Assembly (NCBI GenBank): GCA_002633005.1
Contig: NMRA01000153.1
Span: forward strand, 583,084 to 647,083
Length of the DNA: 64,000 bases
Direction: 5' to 3'
DNA from: Phoronis australis
Lineage: Eukaryota; Animalia; Phoronida
Shown: positions 13,001-25,000 of the stretch, piece by piece
How positions within the stretch are numbered: the stretch's first letter is position 1
Layout of the letters: every line of letters begins with the position of its first letter
Made by a program: the position numbers and the translations under genes
The notes under the pieces: generated by a model
Databases searched by the model: none
What the model was told of the DNA's origin: nothing
What the model saw: the letters and a program-made list of their open reading frames with translations, nothing else

Positions 13001-16000
13001 TTTTTAATGTTAAGAAATCGAAACCAGATAGAGGAAACAGGTTTGAAGCAGAGCAAAAAGAAAAAAGATGACCTGGATAACGCCTTCTGTTGTCCGCTTT
13101 CGACCAAGAATATAAGGCCTAGAGCTATCAACGAGTCACATACAGTGTGCATAGTTCACGTCGATCGGAATAGAAATGCGACCTGTAGCACTCGTTCAAA
13201 CAATAAAGTCGAGACAACCATTAACAAATAACAAATCAAACGAATTAATTCGAGATCAACGAAAAATAATCTACTTGAATTCACCGCACAGTAAACGGAG
13301 TGAACTAGTTACTTTTATTAGGATAGCAGCACACGTTTGTAACCCTTATTAGATGATTAGAACATGTTATAACGACGCCACCAGTACCCACAGGTTAATT
13401 CTAACGAAATCCGTAGGCAAAAAAATCAGAAAAAATCCTCACTTGTCATGAACTGGAGCCGAGTGATACTCCGCCATTTTAGAATAATATAATAATATTG
13501 CCGCTAAGTCGGAAGTGAGATTGAATAACAAGGTCATCTATTCGACTGTGCTAAGCGTGTTTTACAGGGAGAAAGTTAACTCTTATAAACAGTATCAACA
13601 TAACAACGAACGTGCAATATCTGAATAATTGAGTAAAATTGCTACACAGAAAGAATATTCTGACAAATTGCAAAAATAGTGAAAATAAAGCACAGGGGAA
13701 AACAAAGATACCGGTGGTTTCGGGCGATTTTGTTAGGCCGACGACTGCCTAAGCAATGAGCGACGGCGAAATATCTTCACAAAAAACTTGGTATGCTGCC
13801 AAATAGTATTTTAAATTCATTTAAATGTTTTTAAATTAAACAGAAGAATTATCATTCACCTGAAGCATTAGTATAAGCCGTACTACCGGAGCCTGACCGC
13901 CAGCCTGGCCGCGGACATCACTGCTCGAGGATAATGTGATCTCGGCAGAGATACAAGACTATGCTAAAAACGCTTTTAGTTTGATAACAGAAAAGAGCCA
14001 AACATTATACCATGTTACATATTGCTTAATTTGGTATATATTTTCGAGTTTTTGAACTAGATTAACGCTTAGAGATAAGCACTTTAACCTGTTGCAGTAC
14101 GAAGGGAACTAATGCCATAATTTCCCCTACCGTCTAATGGTAGAAAGAGTGAAGAGTTTGACGGAGTCCAATTTCTTTGCGACACCTTGCCATAAAATAG
14201 GATTTTACTTTATATATTTACCTCTTTGTTGGCATGCCGATTATTTCCCATTCGCCGGTGCCCACGAAAATCGACGTGTCGCCGGTGGCAGACCTGTTTG
14301 TGATATCCACTTGAGTGCCGTCATACGTCCAAGAACCGAATGTTAGCTTGCAATTCTGTTGATCGTACGGGAATTGTGAAATGTCTATGATGCACGTCGT
14401 CTTGAATAAGGCAGGATATAACCACATGGTACTGCCGTCAGAGAAGACCTGAACGTTGAACATCATTTGGTGGGTGATTTCGGAACTTGCGCTAAAAGAG
14501 TAGAATTGTAAATATTATTTTTATATCATATTTACACTATACTGGATAGAAGAAAAATGTTAAATGTGTTTGTTCATGTGACCGGGTTGCCCCAGCAACA
14601 GCCTGCCCCTTCGGAGCCCACAAAATATAAATATTGGCTAAAATGAATAAGGACGAGATGTGTCTGCAGACGAAATAGTTAAGCCGCCTGGGCGCGCAAA
14701 AGATGGCCAGTATGAAAATGGGTCGGATGTGCAGCAATGTTCTCTTTTGTTGTAAGACAGAGTGTGTAGTCTTCCGAGGCCACGACGTGGCACAGGTTCT
14801 ATCACTGGCGGATCTAGGATATCACAAAGGGGCCCCAACCACTATTTCGGAAGGGAAATGTTAGCGTTATTTTTTTAAACGTCTTGTTGGCGGCGTTTTC
14901 TTTTTGGTCAGATGTCCGAGCCACCTGCCCCCTTAAATCCGTCTTTGTTTATGATGATGCTGCCAAACACTTCCAAAGCTCCGCCCTGCTCCAGTGTGGT
15001 TAAAAGATGTACACAGCAGCTACGAGATTTCTTTCAATGGCGGGCTTTCAGTGACAACACAGCCCACTCATTATGGGTTAACACTGGGCACCTCATTTCG
15101 ATATCAGTGTTTTGAAAGAAAAATTTCACCGCATTACAATACTATTTCCGGAATAATAAAGAAATGGAGAAAAATCTTTCAAACGTTGATGAAACAGAAA
15201 ACCAAAAACCAATACAAAGCTGAATGAAACATGTTGATGTGATCTGCATCTTTCCACCACGTTGCTTCAATTATAACAATATTTTCAGTAAATGTACAAA
15301 AACTCAACTGAGATTCTTTGAAAAAGGCGTGCAATAGACATTTTCTAAGGCCTGTAATCATCCTAATAGTTACGCTATACTCACAAGTTATAGATGACAA
15401 TGTCCGGCACCCAAACTTTTTCTGGGGGTAGTCGAATACTTTTAACTCCACCGAAGTCTTTCGGATCCCACTTCAAGTTTTCAGATTGCCAGTACTGTAA
15501 CAATTGTCAGTGCAGACGTATTAGTAGTAGTACAAAAATCAGTTCAACGTGACTTGTTTGTGTGTACTTGACGGTGAACGGAAATTCGCATGAGCACCAG
15601 TTGGGATTCGAAGGTTTAACGCACTAGTATCCAAACACTCTAAAATGAACTAGTCTAACTACAGTTAGCTTTCTTGCTCAGGTGTAACAGTTGAAAAAGC
15701 TAATATTATAAATGCTAGACCAAAGTCAACGTTCCGCCAGAGTCAAGAATATCTATCACATGTCATTAACACCGTTTCTAAAATCTGTTGGTATATTCAA
15801 GCTAATCTCTACCGAACCACGATGTTTCGGTCGGTCATGCCGCAGCGCTCGAAATAGACGGTGGTCCGGTGGCCCGGAGCAAGTGGATTTGCGGCCGGGC
15901 CAGTAACTTTAAAAGTTAACTTGGCACCCGGGGAAGTAAATTTTCAGATTCACAGGCCCGGCGGGGTCAGCACAGTATTTGCTGAAATTTGAACACTGTC

Positions 16001-19000
16001 ACGCAGTCGTGTCACTGTTCATAGACCGTGTAAACAGACCAATAGACTTTATAGATATGTTACAACACCATCTCAAAGCAGTTTAGGAAGTCAAATCTGG
16101 CATTAAGAAACGTTTAGCTCTTCCCAGGAGATACAAAGAATGCCGAAATTCCCACGCTCCTGTCCAGCCCCCATCAGTGAAATTTCACCCCTGTGGATGT
16201 GCTTATTTGATGGACTAACCTGCAAATTCGCCGATTTTTCGAGTCCACCAGCAAAACCCGACTGGTTCTAAATATGAAAGCCAATACACACCGGGTCCGA
16301 GAGATAAGGGTGCGTTCCGTAGACCGCAATCACTGCGGCAGAAATCGTTGCTCATGGAGCAGAAACACTATATTCAACCCCATGGTTAAACATTAGGACC
16401 TCACTGACCAATCACGCCAGAGGCCGCCATTTTGGTAGAAAGGCTAGTTATGGCACCATGATGTCTATGGATGGCATTCAATAGTTTTTGAGTCACGGTT
16501 AAATTAACCTCCCGAAGTTCATTAAAAATTGGTGTCTGTCGGGTTGCTTTAAGTTTCATGATGCGTGTTAAGGCTACGAATGACATTTGCTTGATTTTTA
16601 GTCTGTTCTGAGAGAAAGATTGCCAGTTGTTGACCCATTGATCCACTTTTTGCCCAGCTTTTCTTAAACTTTACAGCTTGAAAGCAGGAAGTTGAAGTCT
16701 ACCCCTCGACTTTTCACCTGATTTCTGTATTCTGAAGAGTTTTGGCGGTATGAATGCACTGCCTCTGAGTGCGTAGTAATCGAATGCGACTGGTGACTTT
16801 TGGGTGAAAACTGCTGATTTGATGTATTTTTGCTCGTTTTTAAGTAGCCGGCTACACTTCCGGTAGTCGTAAAAGGTGGAAAATTGACTTTGGACTCCGT
16901 TTCAATAGATTTTGTACAAGGTTTGGCCAAGTATACTGCTCATATTTTCAGGTTTTTATACACCCTGTGGAACAGACTGTTGGAGCTGCCGCGACCTTTT
17001 TTTCCACCCAAAAATCAGCAAACTGTTGAGTGCCACCAGGACGCTCCCGAGCATATTCGCGAAACACTCGTCTCAGTTTCACTCGGTGATTTTGCTAGAT
17101 CTTGCTTTTAACGCAAGAAACTTGGACAGTCTCCAGTTTAATGTCTTCATTTTCCGGCTAACGCAGAAAAACCGGCGAGCTGGCCAATTGATTATCAAGT
17201 GCAACTATATAAACAAGGTTATTCGAATAGATGTTTGATGGAGCAGTTAATTATGAGTTTAATCATGCACGAAAACAAAGAAAACACTGGTTAAAAGCAA
17301 AGCATTTGATTTTATGGAGCGGGTAATGGTGTACTCATTAGTATATTATCTGTCTAAAATAACACATGCATGTCATTACAAATGGCATTGAAGCAATTAC
17401 AGCCATTATGGGGGAGAGGTTTAACATCTCGGAAAAGTGAAACAATATAAATTAGAATGGTTCGTCATAGATCGCCAAGTGAACTGGAGTTTCATGGTCA
17501 TAGGTGACAAACAATAAAAATCGTACTAATTAAAGTAGTGTTTGAAATATTCATTAAGCGTTATCGCTGTATCAGGAAGACATTGCTGTTGATTGATCAT
17601 TGATACACTAATTGACTTCTAGATAATTGTCTTTTATAGACTGATATAAGATTAAGTAACGATTTTAAATGTGTTCAATAATACGATGACGTAAATTAAT
17701 TATGAAAGTTGGATGAAATATCAATGCGTATCATTCAATATAACGTACTTGAAACAAGTAAAATAATACAATGACGTAAATTAGTTATGAAAGTTGGATG
17801 AAATATCAATGCATATCATTCAATATAACGTACTTGAAACAAGTAAAATAATACGATGACGTAAATTAGTTATGAAAGTTGGATGAAATATCAACTCGTA
17901 TCGTTCAATATGAAACACCCTTCTGGTATATTCTCTGTTTGCCACAGTCTCGAGCCTCAAGAAACGCAGCTGCTAAAACAAGCAAGGAGATCTTAAGCGT
18001 AATCTTCCATGGTTGCGTGGATTTTTAGCACAAAACAGAATTTTCTGTGCTCGGTGCTCAATGCTTGTGTTCAAACATTTTTTAGAGTCATTCCTTTTAC
18101 CAAAGTACTGTTACATGTTTTCGATCAGCTAAAATAAAAAACTGACAAAATTTTAGAAATTTAATGGTTAGCTGATTAAGAATTGCCGATGTTGCTGCCA
18201 AAACCGAAGTAGACCTTGGTAAATTCTCAATTATTATTTGTTCATTTTTAAAACAAATCGCAATGATCAATCTAAACACAGGTGGAATTTCGTTTAAACA
18301 ACCTCCGAGTATCAAACTATTAAGCGAAATGTAATTTTACAAACAAGTGAATGGAGTCAGACTGTTAAAGCCTGTCTTGAACGATAAAACGCGTAAATTT
18401 AGCTCAATACTCTAATATGTTGACAGCATCGCTCTTACTACACTAAATTCATGAATTTCCAAATCTAATGAACAGTTCAGCTTATTGCCTGACTTCCGTC
18501 TACGTCAACGGTAGAATCTTCTGTTACGAACATGAATCCCACTAACATCGGTGTTCTATTCTGTATTCTCCGGTACCCGCGGGAGTAATTTTACCACGGG
18601 TACCGACTTATATTCAAAACTATTGCGGACGGTCGTGTTATTTTTTGCTGTTATCTCGCGGTGACGCAATATGGCTTTACGTGTCATTTGACTTACCGGC
18701 GTTACAGTGATCAAGTAGCATGTTGTTGTGTTTCTCATGAACACTTTAACATTCAAAATACAAAAATGGGTTGCGGAAAGGTTTTAACCATTAATGTTTC
18801 AGCAGATGTAAATCCGTAAAAACAGAGGGCACAAAATACCGCTAATGCTGTGCACTGCTTTGGCGGAAGCTTTCACTTTCGGATCACAAATTACTGAACA
18901 TTCAGGGGACCGTTTCAAGATACTGAATTAATCTCATTTTTAGTTAAGTCTAAGATTTGTCTCATCCTCCAAACTTTGTAACTTCCACATCCGGTAAGTT

Positions 19001-22000
19001 AGTCAAAATTATGAAAAAGTCAAGTCAAACCTGAGATCTCTATCATATAACGGACTTAAGAAATACAAATTAAAGTTCTATCTTGAAATTGTCTGAAATT
19101 TAGGATTTGTCTTAGGTAAGTCAATTTTCTTGGAAGGGACCCCAGGTCTACTACGAGGGTGCACTTCGTTGATGTTATTGTGTGAAGACGTGTTGGCAAC
19201 TTTCGTGATGGCTGGTCACTTCAATGTACGCATTTTTTAAATTTTGATTCAAATGAACTTTTGTTATTCTAGATGTGTTGGATTACCCAGATAATTCTAA
19301 CAGTGCTTTGGCTATACAGGAAAACACTATTTTACCACTCAAACGCATGTACGTCACATGAGACGTGAACTAGAATTTTCGCGCCATTTTGCGTCCACGC
19401 GAGAAACAAGCAGCCAAAGGACGGTCGACAGACGTACATGTATGCATAGATATGAACCTCAGCCGGTGGAGGCGGTAGAAGCATCTATCTGGTAAACGTG
19501 CTTTTTGTCAAAAACAAATTTTTGGTTTCCGCCACTCGCTCTTTATTCAAATGATTGTGAGGCTTTAGAACAATTGACATTTCTCTTAAGGTTCTTGTTG
19601 TACCAGTTTCAGTCGCTAAGGCAGTACGGCTATAGGGGATAATTCCAGACGATTTATTTTAAGTACTGTCAAGTCAAAGGTAAAGAGTGCTATACCCGTT
19701 TGCTTTCTAGACAAGAAACGCCAGCTTATGTTCGAGGCATATTTTGCTCGACATGATTTGTGGTTTAGTACTCACCAGTCTCATGAACGTCATTGTTGTG
19801 AGGATTTGCACCTTTTCTTCCTGGAAAAATACAACGATTAAAATTAACATGAAACGCGGATGAGCAACATATGACAGTGGCGGATTTAAGGGATGGCCAA
19901 GGGGTCACACCCCCCCCCTAAAATTTTCCCAGATTCCACTTGGCAGTTCGGGGATGCGAATGTCTGACGGACAAATTCCTGGCTAATACTCTGCCCTGTC
20001 CCCCAACTCAAAATCCTGGATCCGCCCATGTATGAGAGTGGCTTTTAGTATTTTAATGTGTCTGGTCTTGTTTACTTCACTGGATTTATATAAATTTCAG
20101 TGTAGGCCTGCAAGATTAGCCGAAGCATGCACAGACGAGCGGCTAAGAGAGTTTATCGGTGCATGCGGTTTTCAAAAAAGAAAAACATATAAAAATACTA
20201 TTCACCAGGTTTCCAGGCAAAATAAATTCGCTTCAGAAAAAATAATTAAATGACGGGTACACCAAACACTGAACACCAAGGTTAAGGGGGATGGGGGGGC
20301 TATAGCCCCACTTTTTGTAAGCTCAGTCCTGGGCCTCCCACTGCCACTTTTACGCACAACAGACTCTGTGATGCGTATTTTAGCAATATAAGTCTATTTA
20401 CAGTCGCACGACTCCACCCTTTTCCTGGTAACTCCATTACGATTCTTCTTCCGCTCCACTCTTTCTCCTTGAAACAGGTTTCACTTGTAAATTGATCACT
20501 TTCACTCAAAGACATCCTTAACAGAAATTTTGTACAGAACTGAATTTGATACAGCTCTGACAATAAAAAACAGTAGACTTGAGACCAAGGCAGGAGTTTT
20601 TTTTGACTGACAGATGGCAGCACAGCATGAACACGATGAAAGAAAGTCACAGTGATATTGCGTTTTTCACCCCGCTGTAAATCCACTGATGCAATCCAGA
20701 CGAAGGGCAGTGAATTTCATTTCCTGTTTCTCGTGGTACTCCACAAGCGGTATGAACCATAATTAGAGATACGGAAACACGCAAATCACTGCTTGAAGCC
20801 CGCGTCTATCAGTTTTACTATTATCTGTTGGCTCTATCATCACCATCAAAACTTTCATTTTGAGCCAACGTGTAGAAGATGGTACACATGTCCAGCAAAT
20901 ATTCAATATTCTGAGGATGCTTTATACATCCAATATAGTATAGCACTGGTCCGTACACTAGTTAATGTACCTTCACCATTCAGTAAGTTCACAAGTTTTC
21001 TGTAACGAGGTGTCGACGAAACGCAAGTGACGGTATCTACCCAAAATCTTTTAGAGCCTAGGGTTGTTCGCGAAGTTCCAGCTCATAGATTACTTTGGGT
21101 GGACCGGCAGCTGCGTAGCTGTGTAATTTTAAAACCCTTTTTTCTTCAAACTATTCTATAAAAACAGCACCAAAGTACCATTTGTTTGCGATAACTGGAA
21201 ATCTGAGAAGGCAGTTTCCTGGCAGGAGAAATCTACAATGGCTATCCCCATTGCAGAGGGAAAAGCCCATCTACTTACCGCATTTATGGCGAGTTACGTG
21301 TAGATATAGATCTTTTCTAGACAAAAATTTCTGTATTCACTCTCATTAACTTGTTTGTGATGTTCCAGAGCCTCACTCCTTATTCTCTTGGATTCGTAAT
21401 CAAAAACTTTCAGAATCCAACACCAACCATAATGTTCAATTCATATAAGAATTGCTTTGCATCTCTTAATTGAACGAGTGTTGTTGACTCACGGGAAAGA
21501 TGTTAGCAGCACAGGCTTGGCGACAAAGCTTATTCACAATTCACAAGAATTGGCCATTTTTACAATATTTCACATATGTCTAGCAAAATGTCTTTTCTGC
21601 ATTCTCGGGGAACTTCAAATGCAAAATATATACCGTGTAGTGAAAAAAAAAGATTTAACAGAACCACCTTTGAACAGCACAACCGCGTGGAAATTTGTTT
21701 ACTACTAATCTGAGGTCAAAGGTTGCTGTCGCTAAAATCGAATCCCACGCCAGGCACAGAGCAGCTTCGTATGTACCCTCAGTCCTTTCATTCACCGAGA
21801 TGACTCCGTAATATTGCGACTACGACGTGTACATATAATAGAAAAATGTCGGGGAAAACAAAATGTAGCTTTGATCCTGATGGTGGTGTGTGTCTGCATG
21901 CATACGACCGTTGAAAACGAATGCTACGAGTCTCCTAAAGCCTCTGTGACTTAGCGTTCACGAAGACAGCAAGTTGTGAAAAGAGATAAATCCTCACCCA

Positions 22001-25000
22001 AATTCTTTAATTCTGATAATTTGACATTTCGCTGTTTCGATCTCGTGCTCACGACGTGCTTTAACCACAGACTCGATTTCTGTTATCCACTTCGTACTTG
22101 GGTTTCAAATCAGTTTCCCAGCGCGTGGTTTCTCTAACAAAGAACTGTTGACCTGTGTTAAAGTGGACCAAATGCACCAACTTGACCCACTTAATGTGTT
22201 GGCTCCGCCCGTGACCAAACTGGACTCTATGCCTTTGAATTCAACTAAACGTTTTTTTGATAATTAAGGTGACTTTGCGCGTGAATGTTGAAGTAATGAA
22301 CGCGGCTGATAGGTGTATAGGTTACATTGACTGAAAACAAGTTTTCACCTAATAATTAACCGATGAGTTTGAGACTTTCACCTCTCATAACTTATCGGCT
22401 TTTTCTCGGCTTCGGCAAATCGACTTAATTTAACTTAGGAACACGAGTTCTCGAAAACGGCTCGGTGGATTTCGCTGAAACTTTCCAAACTTAATATTTA
22501 TTCATCAATCTCATAAACGCTATTGATAGGATTTTTGATATTAAAGCCTAGTTTTTGCGTAATATAACAAAGACGAAAACGACTGCTTTTTTACAAAAAT
22601 ACCCCATGTTTTGCGAGTAGATTTGTCATAGAAACCAAACTGAAAGAGTAATCGAAAATTCATTAAAGTCGACTGAGGGGTTATTTTTGCCATCATTGTA
22701 CCTTTCTTATGATAAAATTTTGACTTACAAAAAGTGTTGACGTAATGATGATAATGGTACATAAATATAAAGTATATTTTTATATTCCATAATATTTTTT
22801 CTTTCAGAAAATTTATAGCTTTACTAGTTGACAAAGCCCAGATTTTTTGATAAACGAATTAGAATGGAGGTTACTAAATAAGGTTTGAGATAACCTTAAA
22901 CATATTGAGTGATTTACTGAAAAAAACGCCATGCTCGTGTTTTTACAACATTCTTGTTGCAGTGAAAGCTCTTAGCTCAAGTGGAAAATCAATGATAAAC
23001 CATGTTATTATGCAGTGAAAACTCGTTGCTGTAAGTCACACTACAGGTGCTATTGCAGAGAGAATAAAGACGTAGCTGAGGTCCAGTATGCCGCAAAGAC
23101 GATTTAGTCATTTGGCTATTTTAAAGAGGGACAAGGAACACGTTGACAATTTGGATTTCGTAGCCGTTTGTAATGAGTTTGCAAGTTTAAATCATAATTG
23201 CACCCTTCATTTTGAAAAGCTTACAACCAAAGACCTCGAGAAATAAATATGTTTAAAATCAAGACACTGCAAATATCAAATTAATCCAAAACACAAAAGT
23301 ATCAGGATTGATGAGTAATGATATTTATTTATTATTTGGAGTGTAAACTTAAACAGTTAGGTATAACGAGTTTGTTTGGCATGCTTATTAAAGAGGTTTC
23401 GCAAAGCGACGTGAACGTGAATTCTCACGCATTTGTAATACCGCACCATACATGCCATTGTTGGTTGTGACGTAATCCCAATAGTGTTTGAGTATTCTTC
23501 GCGAATACAGGGAAGTTTGCGTTGCTTTAAACGCGAAACCTGTGGTCCCTTTTTACTTCTTATTTGGTAAGATATCGAAAATATTTTTTTGTTTTCATAG
23601 GGTTCTCAATCTTTCCTCTTTGCTTCAGTATAAAATGAAAACGATTCTTTTGTCTAAAAATGTTCTTAAAGTTTAGTTGCAAGAAAGCCCTTTTTCCAAA
23701 TTCCTCATGTTGCTGGGTTAGCTGGATATCATCGAACTAGAACGGATATGATTTTTGTTTTTAAATTTTTTACATGCTTAATTTACAAGCATCCATTTAT
23801 TTCAAACTCCAAATAAATTTCGCATACTAAGAGTTCGTAGAAGCGACTTTTTTCACATACAACATATATTTTTATCTAGCGGATATGTACTACGATAACT
23901 GGAGCTCAGTTACTCAGTTCACGTTTACTTTCACGTTCACGTAAAAATTTGGCTGTTGCAAAACCCATTTTTGTTACAATAACGTGAATCGGCAAGCGCA
24001 ATTTTGTATGCGCCATAATTCACGTTCAGATCGCTTTGTGAAACCTCTCTGTTGTAACTGTAACGTGAATCGGCACGCGAAATTATGTATGCGCCATAAT
24101 TCACGTTCACTTCGCTTTGCGAAACTTCTCCAATATTCCGCCGCAAACATGTAACAGTTACGCTATTTTCATTACTTAACGTAAGATTATATCAGTGTCT
24201 TTTTGTCACCTTTTGTAATTGCGACAGTCACCGTAGGTTTCAGCCCACCTCACTCTTTAAAGCCCTCCGCCGCCCCTTCAAATCACATTCGAATCACCTC
24301 GGTTAGTTTTGCAGCGTAAAAGAAATGCTTCTGAGACTTGTCTGGCAAAAAAATGGCCTTCGGAACGCTGTCCTGTTTGATTTTTTCAGTTTTCAGGGCT
24401 ATAGCCACGTGTTTTTAGTTGTGTTTAGTCCTTTTGCGAGTTTATAACAATAACACGGGATTATGTGAGACTTAACTGTGACGTCACCGGAAGTGGGGCA
24501 AAAGCTTGTCGTTTGGCCATTTGCCGGATACGGTAGCACAGTGTATTCTGTTGTTCATTTCGAGTTTTTAATCTTTTAGTGTGAAAAATGCTAAACAAGC
24601 ATTACTGTTATGGCAAATGAAATTTAGATTCGCACTGCAATACGTTCCATCGCGTTCTGTACTAATTTCGTCCCGTGTATTTTAAACGGGCGGTAGGCGA
24701 AATCCGCTCACAGATTAAGTTTTCACCTCGTCAAAAATACATACCACGCCTAAAATTATCACCTTAAAAGGCGCTTACTTTCTTGAGTGATCCTTTCTGC
24801 TTCTAAACATAAACCTTCGATGAAGCATAGCTGCGGGAATTTAGGTGACTTTGGCGAAGAATTCCAACTTCACTTTTTGGTTACTGATAACTTTGACCGC
24901 GCGCGATAATCACAAAATATTTCAACTGAGTCAGGTGAGTATGAGGCAAAGGCTAGCGCGGCGAGACTGAGCGAAGCGCGAGAACTGGCGCGTGACACTT

